Shown one piece after another: positions 53,201 through 64,000 of a DNA stretch of 64,000 bases. The DNA comes from Microthyrium microscopicum (taxonomy: Eukaryota), in assembly GCA_010405405.1 (NCBI GenBank), contig MU004233.1, forward strand, positions 1,563,122-1,627,121, read 5' to 3'. Position 1 is the first letter of the stretch. Every line of letters begins with the position of its first letter. The notes below the pieces were generated by a model. The model was not told the DNA's origin. It worked only from the letters and a program-made list of their open reading frames with translations, and did not search any database. Both the position numbers and the translations under genes were made by a program.

Positions 53201-54903
53201 GATTAAACGCTATATTAGTAAATTACTAACTTTTACTAAGGTATATACGCTAGACTTTAAGAATAATATTATTCTTATTATTATTATATTTATAGTTAAT
53301 ATAATAATCTTTACTAAATACTAAGACTTAGCTAGTATAAAGCTTAGTGAGCATTATATTTTTATTATCCTAGATCTAAGTAATAAACTAATAGAAGTAG
53401 TTAAGATTATTATACTTAAATATAATAAAGTCTAAAGAAAATATAAAATTACTCTTTATACTACTATAGTAAGTAAATACTCTATCTAAAGTATAAATAG
53501 AAAATACCTAAGTATTTAACTCTTAAAGCTCCTTAGGAGTATTTATAAATTAAGCTATATCTTTTTAGATTTTATTAGATATAATAGATAATAATAGAAG
53601 GTAAATAAAAAGTTTATAGAGATTAAAAAAGTATAAGAGCTCTATAATTTATATTGCTTCTAATTAATACTTCTTACGTTTATAGCGAGATAGCTATTAC
53701 TTAGTAGTTAAATAAATATCCTTTTTTTAAAGTTAAAGTAAAGATAGTTTTTCTATAACCTACTTTTATAGTATACTTAGTAATAAAGCTATACTATTAA
53801 CTTATATATAGTTAATAAGACTAAGCAGCTCTTATAGTAAAGTATAAGTAGAATAAGAAATATTATTAGTTTTATACTAGATACCTAGACTTAGAGTAAA
53901 TTATATTATAATAGTACTTAAGCAAATATATAGTAATATAATAGAATTATTACTATTATTATTAGGCTAAAAGGTAGTAGTATAAGTTAAGTTAAGTTAA
54001 TTACTTAGATGAACCTTAATAGCTAAGCTAGAAGAGGGAACGACGTAACTAGAAAATAATAGCTCTCTAGGCTAATTATTATTATTAGTAGAGCTAGAAT
54101 TAATAGAGACTATATCTTTATTATTACTATTATTAGATAGGTTAAGACGACGATTATTATAGTCTATAAGCTCTTAAAGTCCCTAAAAGGTATTAAGATT
54201 AATAATATTAGATTATAGAATAGTATCCTAATTATTAAGACCCTTTATAGCTTTGCTTTAAAGAGTATTATAGATTTAATACTATAGGAAAGTAGAATTA
54301 ATCTAATTTATTATTATATTCTATTATACGTTAGAGAAGCTCTTTTAGATTTAGAGATAAGAGTATACGTACCTAAGGATCATTAAGGTTATTAAGGTTA
54401 GAAATAGGAAGATTATTATCTTCGTCACTAGAGGCCTTAGAGCTACTATCTATATAAAGGCATTTAGAAAATAGCTTTATCTTTAGCTCTTTAAGACGCT
54501 CGCTAAACCAACAAGCCTAACTAGCTATAGTTAAGGGCAGAGGTTAACTAGTTATAATAAAGTATAATTTAACTAAAAGTCTAGTATTTTAAGGTAATAT
54601 TATAGTTTTTAATAGAATTTAGGCTAAACCTAAGGCTAAGCTATAAAGTAATAAAGAAACTTAGTAAAGAGGACAAATATTAGCTAGTTAAAGCCTAATT
54701 TTAATAATTTTTTTAAGCAAAGAATAGAAAGTAGAAGATAAAGAGGTCTAAAACATAGTAAAAATCTAAAGTCCTTTAAGTACTAGTAGTAGAGTATTAT
54801 AACGTTATTACTTTTACTATCTAAGTAGGAGTAATTACTTATAAATTATCTATAAGGCTAGCATAAAGGCTACTAGCCTTAGAGTAATTACTAGGGGCTA
54901 ATA

Positions 54904-54972
54904 TAATTAGCTTATTAGATTACTAATTAGCTTATTAGATTATTAACTAGCTTGTTGGATTACTAATTAGCT
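54904..54972. repeat. 20-bp tandem repeat (~3.5 copies) upstream of the CMC transposase
   Basis: TAATTAGCTTATTAGATTAC unit repeated with RIP-type variants (TAACTAGCTTGTTGGATTAC). Confidence 0.8.
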
Positions 54973-55149
54973 TTATCTTTTAGCTCTATAGGGCGCTTTA
55001 ATTAACTCTAAAATCTAGGGTAGCCTTAGCTACTTGCTTGCCTATTACTATGTTAGGTAACTAGCATAATTAAAAAGCTTGCTAGCTTATATAGTAGCAT
55101 AATATTACTAATTATTTAGGGATACTAAGTATTATAATTATTTGAAATT

Positions 55150-58100
55150 ACTATTTTATTTTAGGATCTCTATATACTACATCTATTTATTAGTATATTG
55201 CTTTTATATAATCTTCTAGCTAGAAAGAACTAAAATATTATTATAATTATTACGTCCTTCTTTAGCTCTAGCTTAATTACGTAGACTTTTATCTCCTTAT
55301 TATTATATATTTTTATAGTAGTAGTATATACTTACTTTATTTACTTATAGTAGCTTTATAGATTATTATTTTAATTATAGTAGCATAATATTCTCCTATT
55401 TTAATTATACTAGCTTTATATATTATAGCGTATTAGCCTTAAATAGAGTATATAAGCTTATAATATAATATACTAATATTATTAAGATAACTTAGTTAGT
55501 ATATATTACTATAGTAGTAAAATATATAAACCTAGTCTTATATATAATAATATATCTTTCTTATAAGTAAGTAATAGCTTAATATTAAGGATTAGTAATA
55601 TATATAAGCCTAGTCTAAATTATATATTCTCTATTATACTTATATATCTTATCTTATATAGTAGAACCTAAGTTTTTTAGCCTATATATTATAATCTTAG
55701 CATAATTACTTTTACTATAGTCTATTACTATTAACTAGAATAAGGCTACTATTAGTTAAAGTAATTAGGCTATTAATTAAATAATTTAACTCTTAGCTAA
55801 AGTAATCCTACTATACGATAGAAAGATATAATTATTAGTTAGTATCTTTACTACTAGACGCATAAAAGCGTTACTAAGTCTAAGTGTTTATTACTTTAGG
55901 CTCCCTAATTAAGTCATTTTCTAATATTTAGCATTAAATTATATACTAATTATTAGTTTTGTTATATTTCTTATTCTACCTTATTAGATATTATTTACTA
56001 GTATATATATATAGTAAGAATTAATTTATTATAATACTTACCTTTATCTAAGACTAATACGCCTTAGCGTAGCTTTTAGTATACTTTACTACTATAATAA
56101 TACCCTAATTTAGTATTTAGAATACTTTATATATACTATAGGAAGGTTTTATTTTAACTTCTCTAAACTATAGTCTAAATTAGACCTTCTACGCTTCTAG
56201 ACATATATATAATATCTATAGAAACCTCTATATAGCTCTACTATATATAGAAACTACCTAGATCTCTATATTCCTTTATTATGTATTACTAGCTTATTAA
56301 AATATAAGAAGCTTATACTAAGTAATATTTAACGTAATTAAAATATCCTTATTAGAGTTGCCTAGTATAAAGAAACATTAGCTTTTATAGTTATTAAGTC
56401 TAATAGTATTATATAGTAACGTAATTTGCTATATTATTAGAAGATACGTAAATATATAATTATATAGATTCCTATTAATTAGTCTATAAGTTTATAATAG
56501 TTAACCTAACTAACTTAAGATTAGGTTAGATTTTACTACTATATATAGCTAGAGATTATATAAAAAGGCTTATAAACTTCTATATACGCTATTCCTAGAC
56601 TTTTGCTTATAGATAGAAGGTATAATAATAAGGAATTCTAGTAGGAACTATAGCGTAAGGCTTTACGTAATATAACTTATCTAAAATATAATAATACTCT
56701 ACTCTCTACTCTACTTTTATACCTATAAAAAAATTATTTACGTACTAATTTAATTATAAAATAATAGATATATCCTTATAAGCGTTATTTTTTGTCTCCT
56801 CTTTTCCTTTAAGGTCTTCCCTACTACTATTAAGTATCTAATTAGATAAGTTATTAAGTCCTAGTTATTTAGACTATATAGATCTAGTAGCTACTTTTAA
56901 CTATTTACTACTACTACTACTACTATTACTACTACTAATAAGTAAGTCTTAACTATATTACTATAGTATACGTAATAATTAACTATTCTTATAGTATAAG
57001 AGGCGATTAGGCGTCTAGAAGAGGCGATAAGCTTAATTCTAGGGATAGAATAGTTTTTTAAGACTAAAAACGACATATAGCTAAAAATCTACGCCTTTAA
57101 AGCGCTAGTTAAAGTAAAAGCTACTATTAGTATAGTAGGAGAAGAAGTAGAAGATTTAGAAGCTATTAATATAATAAATAATAATATAATTATTAAATAG
57201 TAAATACTTTAAGCTAAGTAAGGATAGAAAAATTAACTTATATAAATAATAAATACTATCTATATACTATTATATTATAATTATACTTATAATACCTTTA
57301 TCTATCTATTTTAGAGTTAGATCTATTAATATTATACTTCTTATTAGTATAAACTAGACTAATTATAAGTACTAGGATAAGACTATCTAGTTCTAAGATA
57401 TTACTATAGCCCTTAGCTACGTTAAAAGTATTTAAATTATATAGATTAGATATAATATCCTATAGTAGCATTCTATTAAATATAGATATATCTAAAACAT
57501 TTAGCCCTTATAAATAATCTATTAATATTAACGTTTAATAAGTATAGCTACTATAGCTTAAATTAAGCTTAATAGTAACTAAAACTTTAGATAAAACTAG
57601 TACATTATTCTTATTAAATATACTAAAGGAGTTTAATATAATGTCTAATATACTACTTACTTATAGCTATATCCTAGATATTAGGATAATTAATAACTAA
57701 ATATACTTTACTATAGAGAGAAATAATAAGAATTTATAACTAGGATAGTCTAGACTAAGAGTATTATTATATAGTTTTAGTTGCTAATTACTTTAACGTT
57801 TAGGATTACTATTAGACTCTTAAACTATAGACTATAAGGAGTGCTTAGATAGCTATATAGTATAAGATAAGGCCTAAGACTATAACTATCCTAATTCTTA
57901 GAAGATTATTTAATTAGGAGATATACCTATATTAGAACTATACTACTAAGTACTAAGCTAAGACTATTATTTATTTCTATTTATACCTAGGTCTAAGTTA
58001 TCTAAATATAATTAGATAAATACTATCTATGACTTATAATAATCCTAAGGATAAGATCTAAGAAAGAGATAAATAAAAAAAATAAAGAAAGAAGAAAAGA

Positions 58101-59750
58101 AGTAGCGCAAAATAAGTAAATAAAGGTAAAGCTTAAATAAAAGAATAAAAATAAAAATAAAGACTTTAAATACTATACTAAAACTATAAACTATAAAGTA
58201 CTAAAATAAAAATACTAACTTTAACTAAAGGCCCTAAGGCTATCCTCTTTAAAAAGCTTTTTATTATTATTACCTTCTTTATTATTACTTATTTTACTTT
58301 CTCTACTCTTACTTTCTATTAACTCTTTATTTTTATCTTTATCCTTATCTTTATCTTTATCTTTATTATTACCTCCTTTATCCTTAAATAAAGGATCTAG
58401 AGGTTCTAAATTAAATAATATTATTATAAGCTTAGTAGTAATAAGCTCTTTTTAAGCTATATAGGCTTCCTTTAACTTAAGAGCTATAACTTCTATAAAT
58501 AAGGATTTCTTAATATTATAAAAATTTTTATAACTAAGTATTTAGTTAAACTAGGTAATTATCTTTACTTAGTTATCTTTAGACTTTATATTCGTAAGAA
58601 TATTCTTTACTACTAAGTAAAGGTTTATATAAAGATCTATAGTTATATATTAGTATATATAAGTAGACTACTAGTAAAGTTTAAGGATAGTATATAGCTA
58701 TAGCTATCTATTAATAAGTAGATATATAAATAGATAAATAGAGAGTAGTTACTAAAATATAAACCTAAGTTATTAATAAGGAAATATTTAAGATATATAT
58801 ATAATAAAAAGGGATAGAAGAGTAAAAGAAAGAAAAGTAAGAAAAGGTAAGGAAGAAAAAAAAAGGTATATATATGTATACTCTATATAGTAAGGACTAG
58901 TAGTCTTCTTAGTAATTATCTTTTAAGCGTCTAAGTAGCCTACTAAGAAATTATAGTAAAATAAAAAGTTTTTAGTATTAAAAACTTATTTTAAATAACT
59001 TTTCTAGCTATTTATAATTATATTAACTAACTTAGGTTTTACCTTTATAAGAGCTTAAACGTATTTCTATTTATATATATTAATATCTATTATATATAAA
59101 TAATATTATATAGTAAAGTAGTAATATAGAATAGAATAGTAATATAAAATTATATAAAGTATAATAAAACAGAATAGAGTAAAATATAATAAGGTAAAGA
59201 AGTATAGTATTAAGTATATATAAGAATAAAAGGAAAGAAGAAGTATAGTATTAGGTATATATAAGAATAAAAAGAAAGAAGAAGTATAGTATTAGGTATA
59301 TATAAGAATAAAAGGAAAAAAAAAGAAAGGGAATAGTTTACTTACTTAAATAGCTATAACTATAGTATTTTTTATTATTTACGTATGCTATCTATACTTT
59401 AAATAGAAGGCTATAAATCTTAGATTCTCTTTCTAAATTATCTTATCTTACTAAACTACTTAGTATACTTCTAAATCTCTATCTTTAAGTAAGCTATATA
59501 AAAATAGCTCTTACTTAAGCTTATAAAAAGCTTAATCATCTACTAACTTAATAGCTACTACATTAGTAGTAGACTTAGTAGTAGTATAACTAGCTATAAA
59601 CTCTTTAGCCTTCTTTAAAGGTTAAACTCTCTTTATAAGTACTACTAATTTAGTAGCTAGATTAGTATATAGATTAACTTTATTTTCTTCTTTATTATTA
59701 TTATTATTATTATTAAGAGTCTATTTTTATAGTTAGTACTTATTATATAT
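55150..59750 (-). pseudogene. Accessory/cargo gene relics (probably 2-3 spliced genes) of the CMC-like transposon, unidentified
   Basis: Minus-strand donors GTAAGT (~56041, ~59345), an acceptor with branch point (GCTAAT..CTAG ~56362), acidic tracts (~58340-58380, ~59685-59715) and a trinucleotide run (~56906-56938). No family motif recognised. Confidence 0.45.
59201..59316. repeat. 41-bp minisatellite, ~3 copies
   Basis: AGTATAGTATTA(A/G)GTATATATAAGAATAAAA(G/A)GAAAGAAGA starting at 59201, 59242 and 59283. Confidence 0.85.
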
Positions 59751-60881
59751 ATAAGCATACTTTATAATAAAATAGCCTATATAGTAATAATAAGTATATA
59801 AATAATAATAAGTAAAGATATATAAGGTAATTAAGAATTATATAAAGCTAGAGTATAATAAGTATATTAATATTCCTTTAATCTATAATATAAGTAAAGA
59901 ATAAAGTATATAACGCAATAAATAATTATAGTAAAGTATAGAAAAGTATAATAGATATATTTAATTAAGTATATATATATCTAGAGTATCTTATAGGAAG
60001 ATTTTATAACTTTTAAAGTTACTTCTTTAAAGGTTTGCTAGATAAGCTAGTAGCTACTTGCTTTAGTAAAGGAGGAGGCATAGTAAATAAACTTTTTAAA
60101 AAAAAGTACGAAAAATAACGTTATAAAAGCAGGACGTAAAAATAGGATCTAAAAACGGGCTAAACGAACGTAATAGACGCTTAAAACTTTATAAATATAT
60201 TAGCCTAGTCTAAAAAAGAAGAAGCAAGACTTTATATCTTAAGATTAAGATAGGTAAGGTAGGTATATAGCGTCAAGCTCTACTTACTATACTATTAACT
60301 AATAGTTAATCTTTAGTTTACTAATGTCAGACGATTAAAATCTAGGCTAACTACTGATTAATATTTAGTAACTAGGCTAACGCTTATTTAACGGTTATAT
60401 GTTTAATTAACTATTGTTTAACGATTATCTCTTATAAATGTTAGCTAATTCTTTAACTGTTGGCCTACGTTAAGGCTCTACCAATACATAATTATTCCAA
60501 CGGTTAAACGACCATTAAAAATTATTTAACTATGGTTGAATGGTTGATTACTAACTAACCGTAGAGCAACGGTTGCCCATGCCGCCAAGGCCCGCTAAGG
60601 GTGTTTTCATAACTACATATTCAGCGTAGATGTCGCTCCGAAGATATCTGCATGAATGTGACATTGCTTGCCTGGCATAGCACAAATAGTATATTCTTAC
60701 TGATAGCTGGGCCTCATAAGGACTCTAAACAATGCGATTTGTAAGAACGGCATAAGGTGCGATGTTTACATGATGCATATGTCTTGGCTAGCAGTAGAAT
60801 TGAAATTGAGTTTTTTGTCATTTGCCATGGTCGTCTATCATCTATGTAATCATCTGCCATGTTCATAAGTCTAACCGATAT

Positions 60882-62381
60882 CTATTTGATGGCTGCCTTC
60901 CTCAGTCTGTTCATGATCGCAGCAGCAGTATCACCGTCTTCATCATCAATTCCTTCGACAAAGATGGTTGCAACGCCCTTACGATCTAGTTCCCGCAGAG
61001 CTGAAAAGAGCCCGCGTGCTATATCATCATTGCCTGGACCGAGTTCCACGAGCCACACATCACAGTTGGCAATCGGCGATCCTACTAGAGTTGCAACAGG
61101 TACTGGAGCCAGAGACGAGAGAAGTGTGGACATGGGATTGCGCGAAGCTGTGTCTTGCGGAGTGCTCACAATTCCATTGTTGGAGGAAATCACTCGTGAA
61201 GCTTGATCTTCCGTCTGAGTTCTGGCTCCTCGAAAGAGCTCACTGTCTCCCCATGTCTTCGTGGTCACAAAGCCAACTCGTCGCTGCTCACCCATCCAGT
61301 CCTTGACAGTATCCCAAGAAGGGGGTCCGTCTTCTCCATGCTCGTACAAATACACACTAGCTTTGGGCGAGTAATGGCGATACTTCATTCCGGGCGCCCT
61401 CGGCTTCTCATCCTGAGCTTGGTCTTTGTATGCCACCTTCGTATTCTCCCAGCCCTTACACTGTCGCAGTTCCTCGAGGCTCACGCCGCCTGGCCTCAGC
61501 ACCACAGGCGGGACACTAAGACCGTCGACTACGGTGCTCTCTACACCGACAGCACAAGGTCCGCCATCAAGCACGGTGTTGATACGTCCCTTGAGGTCCT
61601 CGACCACGTGATCGGCTGAAGTTGGAGAAGGACGTGTGCTGGCATTGGCAGAGGGCGCAGCAACTGGCGTGCCCGCGAGATGTATCAGCGCCAGCGCGAT
61701 TGGATTGCTCGGAATACGCGCGCCAAAGGTCGGCAGTGTTGCATTGACAGAGGGCGCGAACGGAGAAGGCGTTGGCAGCTGGAGCAGAATAGTTAATGGA
61801 CCAGGCCAGAATTTCGCGATCAAGGGACGATATATCTCTGGAATAGGGTCCACGGTAGAGCCGGACGCTGGCATGAGAATGTCTCGCAGTTGCTGAACGC
61901 TCGAGAAGTGCACAATAAGAGGGTTGTCGGCTGGGCGCCGTTTGGCTGCGAAGATTCCTTTGACGGCAGAGTCGCGAGTCGCGTCTGCGCCTAGACCATA
62001 GACAGTCTCTGTGGGAAATGCGACGGGTATATCCGTCTCGCGAATTTGGCGGGCGGCGTCTTGGAGATGTCGTGCGCTTTTGCTGCCGTTGAGCTTTAAT
62101 GACCAATCCTGAATCCACGCATGCTCTCCCTCTTGCCACGTTGGGGCCGTGATTTCGCCAATGTCTCTTGGGTCTATAACAAGCGTTCTGGTATCTAGCT
62201 GAGGGCTTTCGGAGGCCATTGTGACTGTCAAGGGGACAGCGTCCGCGAAGGTATCAGGCTTTGAGAAGGATGTGGCAGCCGTCGCGAAACTGATGGCGCG
62301 AGCGCAGAGGAGAATCGGTACACAAGTCTTGTCATTGGAGAAGTATTTTTGGAAGGGGGCAATGGATCTGAATCGTAGCAT
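60882..62381 (-). CDS. SUA5: Threonylcarbamoyl-AMP synthase Sua5 (YrdC + SUA5 domains, t6A tRNA modification), intronless
   Basis: Motifs VAFPTETVYGLGADA, AKRRPADNPLIVH, FWPGPLT, AAPSANASTRPSPT, GVESTVVD, RPGG, APGMKYRHYSP and AIMNRLRKAA. Confidence 0.97.
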   Translation of the reverse strand: MLRFRSIAPFQKYFSNDKTCVPILLCARAISFATAATSFSKPDTFADAVPLTVTMASESPQLDTRTLVIDPRDIGEITAPTWQEGEHAWIQDWSLKLNGSKSARHLQDAARQIRETDIPVAFPTETVYGLGADATRDSAVKGIFAAKRRPADNPLIVHFSSVQQLRDILMPASGSTVDPIPEIYRPLIAKFWPGPLTILLQLPTPSPFAPSVNATLPTFGARIPSNPIALALIHLAGTPVAAPSANASTRPSPTSADHVVEDLKGRINTVLDGGPCAVGVESTVVDGLSVPPVVLRPGGVSLEELRQCKGWENTKVAYKDQAQDEKPRAPGMKYRHYSPKASVYLYEHGEDGPPSWDTVKDWMGEQRRVGFVTTKTWGDSELFRGARTQTEDQASRVISSNNGIVSTPQDTASRNPMSTLLSSLAPVPVATLVGSPIANCDVWLVELGPGNDDIARGLFSALRELDRKGVATIFVEGIDDEDGDTAAAIMNRLRKAAIK

Positions 62382-64000
62382 TAACGCATTTGAGTAGTTG
62401 AGGAGTTTAAGTTTTTGGGGATGGATGCGGTTGAGTCACGAAAACTTGCCAAACATTTCATCCTTGCCTGTTTGGGACATTTGACAAGGGTCTGACAACG
62501 ACATCCAAAATCTTGATCTCAACACTCCCATTGTTTGCATCTGAGAGGTCCATCTTTGTCCTTATGAGTTTGGCTAAGACAATGCTCTTGCGAAACCTTC
62601 GAAGCAAATATGAGGCTAGTCTATATTTAAAGCAGCTCGACTTTTAGAACAGCTTTGGACGCACCGAGCAGACAGCGTGCAGCGCAAGCTTACACCAAAT
62701 GCTCGCCTCGCGGGAGAAGCTGTGCTAGATCTTTCTCTTATGCTAGGATTGGACTCAAAGATACGACACTTCGACTGGATGTATCTCAGAGGTGCGATAT
62801 GGGACACGGTCGTCACTTCTGGGAAACAGCTTATTCGATAGACCGCCATATTCTCGAATCTTGAAATCGAGCTCTAGGGAGCCAGAGGAAAGCTCTTGGC
62901 CATGACATGGACATCGTCACTACTACTACTAAGTAAGGTATTCATAAACTCTTCTCGTGAAGTCATCAACTTCGACCTATATTGTTCAAGATGACACTTT
63001 TCTGCTGCCTGCGCCATTAGCCGCAACATACATTCGAGGTCGAAGATTCAGAATCACCTAGCCATATAGCGAGAGCCGAAATGCTGGACATTAGTAAGAA
63101 CTGATATCTTTTATGGTTCAACTCGTCAATCGCGCCCGTCTCATTGGCAATGACAGCGATAGCCATGGAAGCATAAGAGACGACTCATCACACAACAGCG
63201 GAACAATACCTCTTCACAACACGGAATCATTCACGTCCTGCAAATCTCACATCTGGTCAGCAAATAAGTAAGATGAGGCTATTTAGTTGCTAGCGGCTCG
63301 CATATCGACAGAACTTTCTCTCGACACCTATGATGAAAATCTGGGTTCGAAAATAAAACTAGAGGCGAAGAGTGAGCGACATCCCCAGCATTACTTCCTA
63401 GTAGGCGCCGTCGAAAAGAGCAAGATGAATATCGCTGTATATCGCAAGATTCTAGGATCCAGCCTTGCTAGTTTCAATCTGATGCAAGGTCACAAAGACG
63501 CGATTCTGCACTCCACCTCAGAACTTCCCCTGCTATCTCTTGGGCCCAAGATCGCGAGAAGAATTATGAACCTCGCATTAGCAACTTCACTTTCCATATC
63601 TCCGATATGCGAAGTGATGTTCTCGCACCATGAGCTAATCTTGCGCCCTTATATAGAACCAAACTTCTCCCGGAAACCTTTAAGTCTTCTCTTCTCATCA
63701 ACCACCCTCAAAAGACTCTTGTCTTCCCAATCAGCTCAACCAGAGCATCTGACCTTATTCGAATTCATCACTTAGACTTGAATATGGCACTCTCTAACGA
63801 CAATCCCTCTGGAGGGGTACCGGCTCCTAATTCTTTCGGGGTCAATGGAATCACAATAGAGTTTCCTGCTCAGCTCACTGGCATCGGAGATAAGGACAAA
63901 CGAGAGGAATTGCTAAAGTCTCATCCTATAGAGCTTGTGCAGCTCCTGGAGAACGAAGTTCATCCATCATCCTCCTGACTACCTTCAACCACCATCCTCG

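Larger units (their letters stand above)
26318..54528 (-). pseudogene. CMC-like transposase relic, intron-containing, last exon split by the LTR nest (26477-50298)
   Basis: A long single frame from ~54300 to ~51300 de-RIPs to IFPSDFV..C...C.C, H.GRV, FIDGFGLY.NMYRSL (~52830), TLGPHGS, GD.PQQ...G......CR.C (~52580-52510), RP.DPAHSE.KG (~52290), FPFP..W.RL.SP, RPNVH.GLH and NVL.GED.H (~51310). The frame continues across the ATAAC TSD (..LVI|GLPSL..) to LLYVDWNLEIL-TAA at 26318. Start is approximate. Confidence 0.8.
25606..60600 (-). mobile_element. Large RIP-degraded CMC (CACTA/EnSpm/Plavaka-like) DNA transposon, ~11.2 kb net, hosting three nested LTR retrotransposons
   Basis: TIRs CCTTAG(TA/CG)GGCCTTGGCGGC(C/A)T(A/G)GGCAAC(A/C)GT start at 25606 and end at 60600. 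GT flanks both sides (25604-25605, 60601-60602). AACNGTT-like subterminal motifs at both ends. Abrupt AT/GC transitions coincide with these termini. Confidence 0.85.

Noticed and set aside
53100..54300. Possible plus-strand RecQ helicase or tyrosine recombinase (Starship-like captain)
   Set aside because: No convincing motifs were found, and the minus strand gives a coherent transposase reading.
59201..59316. Regularly spaced repeats as a CRISPR-like array
   Set aside because: Head-to-tail minisatellite without unique spacers, in a eukaryotic transposon.
63287..63978. Two plus-strand ORFs with an F-box-like LLSLGPKIARRIMNLAL segment
   Set aside because: They are in different frames, with a weak motif and no splice model. 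A degenerate gene is possible but unsupported.
1..64000. tRNA, rRNA or telomeric repeat arrays
   Set aside because: None recognised by eye. tRNAscan-SE or Infernal would be needed to exclude small RNAs.

Overview
Filamentous-ascomycete (Pezizomycotina-type) genomic DNA with short GT-AG introns and CTRAC branch points. GC-balanced genic islands alternate with AT-rich, TpA-saturated transposon relics typical of repeat-induced point mutation (RIP). Four intact host genes are supported: a Zn(II)2Cys6 transcription factor running off the left edge, ISC1 and a WDR5/SWD3-like WD40 gene head-to-head, and SUA5. Three stand-alone DNA transposon relics have intact TIRs and TSDs: a PHIS/Harbinger-type element (ACT TSD), a Fot1-like pogo element and a CCGT-ended pogo/Tc2-like element. 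The 35 kb block at 25606-60600 resolves into a four-layer nest. The outer layer is an ~11.2 kb multi-gene CMC (CACTA/Plavaka-like) DNA transposon. Its last transposase exon was hit by Ty3/Gypsy element 1, which was hit by element 2, which was hit by element 3. All three LTR elements show Tf1-type self-priming complementarity. The most unusual feature is a multi-intron antisense gene in element 2, bracketed by a 62-bp direct repeat. Relic protein readings were made by eye with RIP mentally reversed and are interpretations, not database hits.
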